64,000 bases of DNA from Nostoc sp. S13 (lineage in GTDB: Bacteria; Cyanobacteriota; Cyanobacteriia; Cyanobacteriales; Nostocaceae). The notes beneath the pieces are model-generated. The model worked only from the letters and a program-made list of their open reading frames with translations, had not been told where the DNA came from and made no database searches. This document shows positions 49,503-59,009 of this stretch, piece by piece. The position numbers and the translations under genes are program-made. The DNA is taken from contig NZ_JAQYWQ010000014.1 in NCBI RefSeq assembly GCF_029379315.1, forward strand, positions 542 to 64,541. Reading direction: 5' to 3'. The stretch's first letter is position 1; every line of letters begins with the position of its first letter.

Positions 49503-50639
49503 TTAATCTAGAGGCGCTCTAGTATTTCGCAATAACCCTCCAATATTCGTAAATTCAGGAGTATTATTCAAAGCTTTTAAAGAATTTCTATCAGCTTTAT
49601 CTACAATGGCATTGTAGGCATTAATTGCCTGATTGAGTTTAGTCAGATCGACAGCGTTCTGGTTTGTTACCAGACCGACAGCGTTCTGATTTGTTACCAG
49701 ACCGACAGCGTTCTGATTTGTTACCAGACCGACAGCGTTCTGGTTTGTTACCAGACCGACAGCATTCTGGTTTGTTACCAGACCGTTGAGGCTCAAGATT
49801 AAATCGGTTATGGATAGAGGATCAGCCCCTGTTAACCCCAGGCTTATCGCAGTATTCGCAGCACTAGGATCAACTCCGGCTGCCAACACAAATGCTAGAA
49901 CAATGGCTGCATTCTTAACCTTATCCCGTGGGCCAACTATTTCAAAATTAAATGTTTCCCCATTAGGTTTATTGACTGTAACAACCTTTTTTACAGTTTC
50001 TATTGGTGAACTATTAAGGGTTGGGGCTTGAATAGGAGGTATAACTGTTGTGTTACCACCAATTAGAACATAAATAGAGCCTTTGACAGGTAGTGTAGTA
50101 ATTGCAGTCTTTACATATTTAATGGCAGCCGCTAGAGTGGCAAAACTTTTACTGTTACCACTACCTGTTAACAACGATCCGCCACCAGGAACTAGCGGTT
50201 GAATAATATTCACAATTACAAAAATCCGACCAGGAACTGGCGCTTCAGTTCTATTCACAATAACAGGAGCCGCCGCCCCAACCAAAGCTGCAATTTGTTG
50301 TTGTGTCAAACCGCCAGTTTGTAAGGTGACAACAGCCCTTTGTGCAGATGTATTCAGAATATTTTGAATATTTGGCGGTACAGTAATTTTAAATATTCCA
50401 CCACTATTAGTCACTGTAATGTTGCCAAATTTTGTTGTGCCACCATTTTGAAGAGTGACAGGCACTGAAAAAATAGTACCACTTGCGGCATCAGAGTTAT
50501 TACCACTTGTATGACCACTGATTCCCAGACTGTCCCTCTGCCCGATCGGGAGAGGGCGAGCTTGGCTTGGCAATTGCCAAGTACTCAAAAGCAGAGGACT
50601 TAGACTTAGAGCAAGGATTAGAGACTTGATTTTGATCAT
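49503..50639 (-). CDS. Putative secreted Thr/Val/Gly-rich protein with internal 9-aa repeats
   Basis: Signal-peptide-like MIKIKSLILALSLSPLLL...SQA; (GLVTNQNAV)x5. Confidence 0.7.
   Translation of the reverse strand: MIKIKSLILALSLSPLLLSTWQLPSQARPLPIGQRDSLGISGHTSGNNSDAASGTIFSVPVTLQNGGTTKFGNITVTNSGGIFKITVPPNIQNILNTSAQRAVVTLQTGGLTQQQIAALVGAAAPVIVNRTEAPVPGRIFVIVNIIQPLVPGGGSLLTGSGNSKSFATLAAAIKYVKTAITTLPVKGSIYVLIGGNTTVIPPIQAPTLNSSPIETVKKVVTVNKPNGETFNFEIVGPRDKVKNAAIVLAFVLAAGVDPSAANTAISLGLTGADPLSITDLILSLNGLVTNQNAVGLVTNQNAVGLVTNQNAVGLVTNQNAVGLVTNQNAVDLTKLNQAINAYNAIVDKADRNSLKALNNTPEFTNIGGLLRNTRAPLD
49651..49785. repeat. 5 x 27-bp coding tandem repeat
   Basis: Unit acagcgttctgRtttgttaccagaccg. Confidence 0.9.
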
Positions 50640-50664
50640 AGTGATTCTCTGAAAATAAAGGGAT

Positions 50665-51792
50665 TTACTTGGGCAAGAAATTGAAACCATAGCTGACACT
50701 CAAAAGTACGGCACTACCACCAGCAGTCCGATCCGTCAGGTCTAAACCTTCAAGCTGAATCGTCAGAGGAATAGTTTGGACAGGAACGAAAGAAAGCCCA
50801 GCGTTTAAAGCTACTCCACTCCAAGATGCACCGATACCTACTTGAGGATGAACTTGCAAACCCACGCCTCCAAATACCCCAACGTCGTCATTTCCGTCAC
50901 GGAAGTTGCCGCCTCCCACTCCTACGGTAAGTGCCAATGGCATCTGATTTTGAGGACTGTTAGGTTGCAACAGGGAGACACTTGTAACTTCACCATAGAC
51001 ACTAGAATCAGCCACTCCTTCATTCCCATACTGGGCAAAGGTATTCCAGCCAACAGCAGCCGCAATTTGATTGGTAGTACTAGTAGAGAGAACACGGTGA
51101 GCTTTAAGATCGAAGGTTCCATTATCACCAAAGTTTTTGATACTACCTTCGTTGAAGGCGACTTCTAAACCGATTGACTTTTGGCTATCTCCCAAACCAA
51201 AACCCGCACTGATACTCCCATCCAAACCACCATTGCCATTGCGCTCTTTGCGAGTTGCTCCTGATGCTTGCACGAAAAAGTCTCCCCAGTTAGCTCCGAA
51301 AGCACTGGGAATGCCAAAGCTGAGGCTAGGAATATAGCTTTGTTTACCACCTCCAAACAAAGGCTTAATTTTTAGCCTTTGACGTAATTCACTATCATTT
51401 AATTGAGTTTGGGAGTCAACAGAGGGAGTTTGAGCTTGTAATAGAATTTGATGATCACCTTGCTTTGGTGATATCATCAGCATCTGTGCTGGACTGAGAT
51501 TTGAAGAGTTTACTTTCGGAAAAACAATCGCTTTTGGGGTTTGAGTCTTGCCTGATTCAGTTAAAGATGCAGTCTGTTGTTTTTCAAAAATAATTTTATC
51601 CTCTAAGGATGGAGTCTGTTGTTCTTGAGAAACAATGACAATATTATCTTCAGCAACTGCGGGATTAACTGAAATAGCCATTAATGCTGTGAAGGAAGTT
51701 ACCAGACTTGCCCCTAAAATATAGAAAATATACTTAACAACAGTCAGTTGATAAATCTTCTTGCTGTTGTGCCTCTTTTGTTTTTTATCCAC
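50665..51792 (-). CDS. Putative outer-membrane beta-barrel-like protein
   Basis: Signal-like N-terminus, Gly-rich alternating strands and aromatic C-terminal strand VSYGFNF. Confidence 0.6.
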   Translation of the reverse strand: MDKKQKRHNSKKIYQLTVVKYIFYILGASLVTSFTALMAISVNPAVAEDNIVIVSQEQQTPSLEDKIIFEKQQTASLTESGKTQTPKAIVFPKVNSSNLSPAQMLMISPKQGDHQILLQAQTPSVDSQTQLNDSELRQRLKIKPLFGGGKQSYIPSLSFGIPSAFGANWGDFFVQASGATRKERNGNGGLDGSISAGFGLGDSQKSIGLEVAFNEGSIKNFGDNGTFDLKAHRVLSTSTTNQIAAAVGWNTFAQYGNEGVADSSVYGEVTSVSLLQPNSPQNQMPLALTVGVGGGNFRDGNDDVGVFGGVGLQVHPQVGIGASWSGVALNAGLSFVPVQTIPLTIQLEGLDLTDRTAGGSAVLLSVSYGFNFLPK

Positions 51793-52027
51793 TTAAAACT
51801 CCTCAGACCTAAATAACTGCGTGGTTCATCGAAATTTATACTAAATCTGTAATTTCATCTTCATGAGTCAATCGTGGAATCGCCTTTGGGGCATTTATAG
51901 TGCTATATTCCACACTTAAGTATTTACTACATACTCAGTAAGTTTTGTATGGACTTATATCATATGAGCAGATATGTAATAGTGACAATAGTGACAAGAT
52001 CAGTAAATCGTAAAGTTTTTCTTAAGG

Positions 52028-52143
52028 GCGATGCCTGCGGTGGCCACTGAGCCAAGTCGTACCCTTCCTTACGGGACGCCAGGGGCGAACGGGAAGCAAG
52101 CTACGCGCAGCGTCTGGTAGAGAAGTGCGGGCTACGCCTACGC
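52028..52143. repeat. Composite SDR (nested within SDR1) in a HIP1 site, copy 1
   Basis: GCGAT[gcctgcggtggccactgagcc...gcgggctacgccta]CGC, 108-bp insert. Confidence 0.85.
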
Positions 52144-52359
52144 TAATGATATTTTACGTACAGTTTAGTTGTAAATAATACCTATTTCAAGACAATACCA
52201 TTGCCAACTTACGAGGTTCAACACCTTAGAAACTTGAAAGCGAACCGTATTGGAAGTGTTAGAGCTTTAATTCCTAATTCCTAATAAAAAAACAACTCCC
52301 TGAAGATGTGGGAGTTGTCATTTTATATTCGAGTAGTTTTTCAAACGATTCAGAATGGA

Positions 52360-52480
52360 GCGATGCCTGCGGTGGCCACTGAGCCAAGTCGTACCCTTCC
52401 CTACGGGACGCCAGGGGCGAACGGGAAGCAAGCTACGCGCACGCAGCGTCTGCGTAGAGAAGTGCGGGCTGCGCCTACGC
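52360..52480. repeat. Composite SDR in a HIP1 site, copy 2; supplies the mraY stop codon
   Basis: GCGAT[113 bp]CGC, near-identical to copy 1. Confidence 0.85.
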
Positions 52481-53566
52481 CAAGCAGATAGTAGCCAATA
52501 TAGCAGCGATGACATAGAATACTCCAACCACCTGTAATTCTGACCAGCCAGTTAGTTCTAAATGATGGTGTAAGGGTGCCATTTTGAAAAGACGTTTGCC
52601 TTTGCCATCAGGGCCTTTCGTGGCTTTGTAATAACTTACCTGTACCATCACAGAAAGAGTTTCTACAAAGAAGATACCACTGAGAATGAACAGAGCGACT
52701 AAGGTGTTTGTCAATAGCGCTACAGCAGCTAAAGCTCCTCCCAGTGCTAAAGAACCGGTATCTCCCATGAAAACGCGAGCTGGGTTACGATTATGGGCTA
52801 AGAAACCTAAGCACCCACCACTTAAAGCAGCACAGAAAACCATCAACCCAGGAGCTGTAGGTGCGATCAAGGCGCCTAATGCCAAAAGTGCGATCGCTAC
52901 TGTTCCTGCTGCCAAGCCATCAATACCATCTGTTAAATTAGTAGCATTACTTTCTGCAACTAGCACAAAACCTGCTAAAGGCCAGAATAAGAATCCTAAT
53001 GGTAATGTAAAACTTACCCAAGGCAAAGCAATATTTGTAATATTAGAAGGTTGATTAAACATCAGCCATATACAAAATACAGCCGCAAAACCCACCTGTA
53101 AAGCCAGTTTCGTTATGGGAGATATACCTTTATTTGATTTCCGGCGCAGAATTTGCCAATCGTCGAGCCAGCCAATCAATCCGTAGCTGATTGTCAATGC
53201 CGAAACTGCAAGCACATCTGTAGCAAAGTTAGACAATATGCAGGCAATTATCACACCTACAGGTATAAAAAATATACCGCCCATTGTTGGGGTGCCTGCC
53301 TTTTTTAGATGGGCTTGGGGGCCATCTTCGCGAATTATTTGTCCAGTTTTGAGTGCTTGAAGTAGGGGTATTACCCAATAGCCCACGACACCTGAACCCA
53401 GCGCACACAATAATAGTGGCAAGGTTAATGACATACTTTGCCACGGTAGCCTATTGGCGATCGAATCCAAATAAAATGCTGTTGTACCTAGCCCTATGGC
53501 TAATAAACAGGCTAAAGCGATTCCAGAAATATTTAATCCTTGCTCAGGAGATAATTTAGCGTCCAC
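52475..53566 (-). CDS. mraY: Phospho-N-acetylmuramoyl-pentapeptide transferase
   Basis: KKAGTPTMGG, NATNLTDGIDGL, FMGDTGSL and MAPLHHHLEL. Confidence 0.97.
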   Translation of the reverse strand: MDAKLSPEQGLNISGIALACLLAIGLGTTAFYLDSIANRLPWQSMSLTLPLLLCALGSGVVGYWVIPLLQALKTGQIIREDGPQAHLKKAGTPTMGGIFFIPVGVIIACILSNFATDVLAVSALTISYGLIGWLDDWQILRRKSNKGISPITKLALQVGFAAVFCIWLMFNQPSNITNIALPWVSFTLPLGFLFWPLAGFVLVAESNATNLTDGIDGLAAGTVAIALLALGALIAPTAPGLMVFCAALSGGCLGFLAHNRNPARVFMGDTGSLALGGALAAVALLTNTLVALFILSGIFFVETLSVMVQVSYYKATKGPDGKGKRLFKMAPLHHHLELTGWSELQVVGVFYVIAAILATICLA

Positions 53567-53646
53567 AGAAGTTTCCCTTCACTCCACACTTAATAAAACT
53601 GAATACCAGGAACTAGGGATACAACCAAGTCCCTAACCTGAAAAGG

Positions 53647-53925
53647 CTAATCCTCAGCGATTCCTATATCGTCGTCATCATCATCAAGGTCGTAGCCAAT
53701 TCCATCTTCTACACCCATTAAGGAGTCTATTCCTTCTTCGTCATTTTGAAAATCCGGTTCGTGAATGTCACGCGCGACGATCCGACCGTTGGTTTGCAAC
53801 CAGTCCAACAAAGAGGACTCTGGCTTTAGGGGGATGACATCGGCTCGTTGGTTACGGGGTTCTTCACGTAATGGAGAGTTCAACATATCGAGTGAGGACA
53901 AGAAAAGGTTTACGTAAGTTGACAT
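53647..53925 (-). CDS. Conserved cyanobacterial acidic protein (DUF3134-like)
   Basis: PLREEPRNQRADVIP...SLLDWLQTNGRIVAR with an acidic tail. Confidence 0.75.
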   Translation of the reverse strand: MSTYVNLFLSSLDMLNSPLREEPRNQRADVIPLKPESSLLDWLQTNGRIVARDIHEPDFQNDEEGIDSLMGVEDGIGYDLDDDDDDIGIAED

Positions 53926-54130
53926 TTAGAGTCTATCACTTGACATGGATTTATTTAGTTATCTTTTCAACCCTTTAGTTGATAAATCCGCATTGAGATA
54001 GAAATTTTTTTATTTAATAGGCGTATGGCTGACATCAAGCGATTATTAGTAATTTTTATGGTTCTATACATAGGCGATGAATATCTTGTTTATGCTGATG
54101 GAAAGTGAGTGATTTTTGAGGTGACAGGCG

Positions 54131-54715
54131 ATGATGGGAAAAGCGGCTCTTATAGATGCGATCGCACTTACAAATCGCGGTCTACTGGCGACTCAAGCAC
54201 AGAAACAGGCTATCTTAGCAGCGATCGCCAATTTAGAAGACTTTAATCCTACACCCCGTCCGGTGGAAGCTAGTAATTTGCTAGATGGCAATTGGCGATT
54301 ACTATACACCACCAGCAAGGCTCTTTTAAACTTAGATCGTCTACCTTTGTGCAAACTGGGTCAAATCTATCAGTGTATCCGGGTAGAAACTACCAGTGTT
54401 TACAACATAGCTGAGATTTATGGCTTACCTTATTTAGAAGGATTAGTTAGCGTTGCTGCTAAATTTGAGCCAGTTTCAGATCGGCGTGTCCAAGTTAAAT
54501 TTGAGCGTTCTATTATCGGCTTACAACGTTTAATAGAATACAATTCTCCGGTAACTTTTATCCAACAAATTGAAGCTGGTAGAAAATTTCCCGGTATTGA
54601 TGTTGCCATAAACAGTGATAAACAGCAAGGCTGGTTAGATATCACTTATATAGATAACGATCTGCGGATTGGCAGAGGTAACGAGGGAAGTGTGTTTGTC
54701 TTAACTAAAACATAA
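54131..54715 (+). CDS. PAP/fibrillin family protein
   Basis: LDGNWRLLYTT, GWLDITYID and LRIGRGNEGSVFVL. Confidence 0.9.
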   Translation: MMGKAALIDAIALTNRGLLATQAQKQAILAAIANLEDFNPTPRPVEASNLLDGNWRLLYTTSKALLNLDRLPLCKLGQIYQCIRVETTSVYNIAEIYGLPYLEGLVSVAAKFEPVSDRRVQVKFERSIIGLQRLIEYNSPVTFIQQIEAGRKFPGIDVAINSDKQQGWLDITYIDNDLRIGRGNEGSVFVLTKT

Positions 54716-55025
54716 GCTTGTACAAAAAGATCGTTTGCGAACGAAGGTACGCTATAACGCGTGCCTTGTCAAGTAGGGTATAATACCGTTTTAAATTTGG
54801 GAGTGGGGAGTGGGGAGATGAGGGAGATGAGGGAGAAAAAATAACTAATATTTAATGCCCAATGCCCCATACCCAATGCCCCATACCCAATGCCCCATGC
54901 CCAATGCCCAATGCCAAATCCAGACAAATAACTTAACAAAGACTCTTGCTGCGACCTTCAGGTTGTAGAGTGAAATCAATTAGCCCTCTAGATTGGCGAT
55001 TGATAACTATAAAGGGAAAATAATC

Positions 55026-55241
55026 ATGGTTCAACGTGGTTCTAAAGTACGTATTCTCCGTCCTGAGTCCTACTGGTTTCAGGATCTTGGAACTGTGGCT
55101 TCTATTGATCAAAGCGGCATCAAATACCCAGTAATTGTCCGCTTTGAAAAGGTAAATTACTCTGGTATCAATACCAACAACTTTGCCCAGGATGAATTAG
55201 TAGAGGTTGAAGCACCAAAGGCTAAAGCACCTAAAAAATAA
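55026..55241 (+). CDS. psaE: Photosystem I subunit IV
   Basis: [19 protein letters not shown]...[16 protein letters not shown]. Confidence 0.97.
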   Translation: MVQRGSKVRILRPESYWFQDLGTVASIDQSGIKYPVIVRFEKVNYSGINTNNFAQDELVEVEAPKAKAPKK

Positions 55242-55486
55242 GCAGCAAAGCTACAAGGGGGTTGTTTGATGCGATGATGAAGGGAAGTCTTAAGTATGAA
55301 GTCTGAAAACTTTCAGTTTATTCATCCTTCATCCTAGCCTACCCTAATCGACGAGAAGCCGTCCTGTGGGTATTTACGGTTTCTTTCTGGTAGTACGGCA
55401 ACCACGTACATGTGTATAACATACTACCTTATCTCTTCTTTATTGACTCCCCAAGTACATCAAAATTGCTTGCTTAATCAATTTGA

Positions 55487-56365
55487 ATGCCTGAACTGCC
55501 TGAAGTTGAAACAGTCCGAAGGGGTCTAAATCAATTGACCCTCAACCAAGAAATTACGGGTGGAGATGTGTTGCTCGATCGCAGCATCGCCTACCCGTTT
55601 TCTGTCGGTGAGTTTGTTGATGGGATTAAAAAGAATGCGATCGCTACTTGGTATCGTCGCGGTAAATATCTCCTCGCTACACTCTCCCCCCCTTCTCCCT
55701 CATCCTCCTCATCAACTGGCTGGCTAGGGGTTCATCTGCGAATGACTGGTCAACTACTATGGCTGCATCGAGATGAACCATTACATAAGCACACACGGGT
55801 CAGATTATTTTTTGGGGATCAGCAGGAATTACGCTTTGTTGATCAGCGTACCTTCGGTAAAATCTGGTGGGTTCCGTCTGGTGTTGCTGTAGAAAGTATT
55901 ATGACTGGTTTGGCAAAACTGGCAGCAGACCCATTTTCCCCCGAATTCACTGTCGAATATCTAGCTCTTAAACTCCAAAACCGTCGCCGTCCGATTAAAA
56001 CTGCGCTACTGGATCAATCTGTGGTAGCGGGATTAGGTAACATTTATGCTGATGAAGCATTGTTTAAGAGTGGAATTTTACCTGAAACTTTGTGTATAGA
56101 TTTGCAGCTAAAGCAAATTGAGCGTTTACGAACAGCCATAATCCAAGTGTTAGAAACCAGCATTGAGGCTGGTGGTACGACTTTTAGTAATTTCCTAAAT
56201 GTTAAAGGTACTAATGGCAACTATGGTGGTGTTGCCTGGGTTTATAACCGCGCTGGAGAACCCTGTCGAGTTTGTGGCACAGCAATTGAACGGATTAGGT
56301 TAGCTGGGCGATCTAGTCATTTTTGCTCGCAGTGTCAAACGCTAGGGGGAGTTAGAAGTTTGTAG
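55487..56365 (+). CDS. mutM: Formamidopyrimidine-DNA glycosylase
   Basis: MPELPEVE, HLRMTG, GLGNIYADE and C-terminal zinc finger. Confidence 0.96.
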   Translation: MPELPEVETVRRGLNQLTLNQEITGGDVLLDRSIAYPFSVGEFVDGIKKNAIATWYRRGKYLLATLSPPSPSSSSSTGWLGVHLRMTGQLLWLHRDEPLHKHTRVRLFFGDQQELRFVDQRTFGKIWWVPSGVAVESIMTGLAKLAADPFSPEFTVEYLALKLQNRRRPIKTALLDQSVVAGLGNIYADEALFKSGILPETLCIDLQLKQIERLRTAIIQVLETSIEAGGTTFSNFLNVKGTNGNYGGVAWVYNRAGEPCRVCGTAIERIRLAGRSSHFCSQCQTLGGVRSL

Positions 56366-56442
56366 TTTGGAGTTTTTACTTCTAACTCGGAACTCTCTTA
56401 AAATGCAGATAGAAAGAAGTTACAAATTTGAGAGAGGAATTG

Positions 56443-56658
56443 ATGGCAGTCAAAAAAGGAGATATGGTTCGCGCTGTCCGCGAGAAACTGGAAAACAGTC
56501 TGGAGGCCAAAGCCAGTGATACTCGCTTTCCTTCTTATTTGTTTGAAACCAAGGGCGAAATTGTCGATATCAAGGGTGATTACGCCCTGATTAAGTTTGG
56601 GAAAGTACCAACACCTAATATTTGGTTACGTGTGGATCAAGTCGAAGAGTTTAATTGA
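56443..56658 (+). CDS. ndhO: NAD(P)H-quinone oxidoreductase subunit O
   Basis: [26 protein letters not shown]...VPTPNIWLR. Confidence 0.92.
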   Translation: MAVKKGDMVRAVREKLENSLEAKASDTRFPSYLFETKGEIVDIKGDYALIKFGKVPTPNIWLRVDQVEEFN

Positions 56659-56815
56659 CACTCCCCGTTCGCTTTGTGACGGAGATTCTAATTTCATTTT
56701 AGCTACTTGCTCTACCAGGCTTTCACCAAGTAGCGTAGAGGTTGCTAGTCCATTAGCGTTACTTGGTCAGTGAGGCGTAAATGCCTCACTTAGCCTTCAA
56801 CCCAAGCACCTGAAG
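56655..56815 (-). mobile_element. Probable IS200/IS605-family right-end relic (no transposase or TnpB ORF)
   Basis: Minus strand ends GAATCTCCGTCAC...GGGGAGTGTCAA (subterminal hairpin then TCAA); a second hairpin AGTGAGGC-GTAAAT-GCCTCACT lies at 56769-56790. Confidence 0.55.
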
Positions 56816-57042
56816 TCGGAAAAACGCAACTGCGTTGCTTTAACCCCCTAATTCCCTTGCCGACGCGGGAAGGGGGAAAATTAAAAATCTCTCTCCTTGT
56901 AGGAGAGAGATTTTGTTTGTTTGTAAAGTTTAAGTTGATGGGTAAGCAAATTTGTAGTAACGACTTTAGTCCTTAAAAGTTAAGGACTAAAGTGTTTATT
57001 ACAAACCCTTCATTACTACCTTGACAAAGTATTAGTTTCGCG

Positions 57043-57375
57043 TTACCGGCGGGAATCCTGATCTGCGGGGTCGCCGTAGGGGTCTTCGCTGGCTGGACGC
57101 ACGTCACCAAACTCCCCTTTGTCTGCGGGGTCGCCGTAAGGGTCTTCACTAGCTGGGCGAACATTGCCGTAAGACGCGATATCTCCGGGGTCGCCATAGG
57201 GGTCTTGACTGGCTGGGGTAACGTTCCCGTAAGATGCCGGGTCTGCGGGATCACCGTAGGGGTCTTCGCTGGCTGGACGTACATTGCGATCGCGCAATTC
57301 GGCATCTTTGTCAGCTTGATCGCTGTCCGATCCCAAAAGGAAATCTTTCGCCTTTCGCAAAAAGTCATCTACCAT
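57043..57375 (-). CDS. Small acidic repeat protein with four VxPASxDPYGDP repeats
   Basis: Repeats visible in both protein and DNA (gggtcgccgtaggggtc). Confidence 0.75.
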   Translation of the reverse strand: MVDDFLRKAKDFLLGSDSDQADKDAELRDRNVRPASEDPYGDPADPASYGNVTPASQDPYGDPGDIASYGNVRPASEDPYGDPADKGEFGDVRPASEDPYGDPADQDSRR

Positions 57376-57470
57376 AATCTGTCTCCTGATTTAAGTTCGT
57401 GTTTCCGACGTGCGCGATCGGCGTTATCCTCCGGGAAACCCGCTTTAGATTTACACACGCTTCACTGAAT

Positions 57471-57968
57471 CTAGAGTGCCGGAGCTGCGGATGAAGTTAT
57501 GCCAGTTAGATCGCGACCTGTAGTACTCCCGTTATAGCCTTGGAACTGACTATACTGCCGTGCCTCAGATTCTGGTACTCGAATTCCTTCTGATGGTGGA
57601 GTTACCCAGTGAGCGCGCTTTTCAGCATCACGGTAGTATACACGCCCGTTTTTAGAAAGATAGTACTTACCTTGCGCTCCTTCTTTTGAAGCATTCTTAT
57701 GCTGGTTGTAGACGTAATAAAGTGCCGCAGCTCCCGCCAAAAGTGCCACTTTTTGCCCTGTACCCAATCCCTTTTTAGCTTCGGGTTGGTTTGTAGCGTT
57801 GCGCTCGCTCACTGTTCTACCAACACTATCATCAACAGGTGGTGGTACTGAAGCGTTTCGGGCACCGCCTCCGCAGCTACTTAACAAGGGTACCATTAGC
57901 AATGCGGAAAGTAGCACTGCAAATAGACGCGAAACTATTTTACGTTCTTTATATATTGTTGTGTTCAT
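57471..57968 (-). CDS. Putative lipoprotein
   Basis: Lipobox-like LLSSC; YYLSKNGRVYYRD motif. Confidence 0.7.
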   Translation of the reverse strand: MNTTIYKERKIVSRLFAVLLSALLMVPLLSSCGGGARNASVPPPVDDSVGRTVSERNATNQPEAKKGLGTGQKVALLAGAAALYYVYNQHKNASKEGAQGKYYLSKNGRVYYRDAEKRAHWVTPPSEGIRVPESEARQYSQFQGYNGSTTGRDLTGITSSAAPAL

Positions 57969-58307
57969 GGGATTTCATCATCACCTGTATTTGCTAAAAG
58001 CCTTGCTGTTGCAAAAACAAAGTTGGAATTCCTGTTATTTCACCTGGAATTGAAAAAACATATACCAACTCAATTTATAACTGCACCAGCTACAGCGTTT
58101 GAATATCATGATGATCGATTTTCGCAAGTATTCCATCCCGCCTTTGAGAGAACTGCATTCATCCGCAGGAAATATTTTGTGAATTTTTAATGAATCAATT
58201 TCGCTAAAACGCCGAAATATTCAGCAATTTCTCGGTTATTTTTTCGGGGTAAATAAATTAAAAAGATACAGTCGTTACAATAATTTTTTTCAGAAAGTAC
58301 ACTCAAT

Positions 58308-58961
58308 ATGACATCACAAAATACAGCCCAAACTAGAACTCGTCTCCTTTTGGCTTTGTGGGATTTGGGAGGAACGCAGCAGGAAGTTAAGAAAGGTCAA
58401 TTCACTAAGCGAATTGTATCCAAAAGCCAGAAGGTAGCAGATTATCAGGGCATATTCGAGGAATTACAGAGTCAGGGTGCGATCGCAATTTCCACAAAGG
58501 GATATTCTCTGACATCTGGCAAGGGTTTAGAGGTATTGAGTGAGGGTTTGAGAACTGGCGATTTTAAGTTTGAAGGGACGATTGTCGGTACTTGGGCGGC
58601 GAATGCTTTGGTGAGATGGATTAGTCAAATTGATGTGGCTTTAACTGGTTCAGACGTACTAGTTAATGGGAAAAGTGCGATCGTATCTTACGACAAGTTT
58701 AAGTCAGTGGCCTTGGAAGTTTACGACAAGTTGAACCAAAACTACAACTTAGATAATCTGGTGCCAATTTATCGCATCAGGAGAGAAATAGGGGAGAGAG
58801 TTAACCGTACAAAGTTTAATGAATGGCTAATAGAAATGCAAGCTGATGACATTTTGCAGCTGATGACTGGACAAGTACCAGACTTTACCCCTGATAAACG
58901 TGAAGATTCAATATCTATACCTGGTGCAGAACTACGTTCTTACGCGAAACGCTTGATTTAA
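58308..58961 (+). CDS. Hypothetical protein, probably two winged-helix-like domains; first gene of a putative defence operon
   Basis: LLLALWDLGG...; C-terminal NLVPIYRIRREIGERVNRTKFNEWLIEMQ. Confidence 0.75.
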   Translation: MTSQNTAQTRTRLLLALWDLGGTQQEVKKGQFTKRIVSKSQKVADYQGIFEELQSQGAIAISTKGYSLTSGKGLEVLSEGLRTGDFKFEGTIVGTWAANALVRWISQIDVALTGSDVLVNGKSAIVSYDKFKSVALEVYDKLNQNYNLDNLVPIYRIRREIGERVNRTKFNEWLIEMQADDILQLMTGQVPDFTPDKREDSISIPGAELRSYAKRLI

Positions 58962-59009
58962 TCAAATTGCCCGCACACTTTGTAGTTTCTCGCACCATAT
59001 CAAATCACT

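Noticed and set aside
52306-52537. Short ORFs of 60-69 aa downstream of mraY
   Set aside because: They are derived from the composite dispersed repeat.
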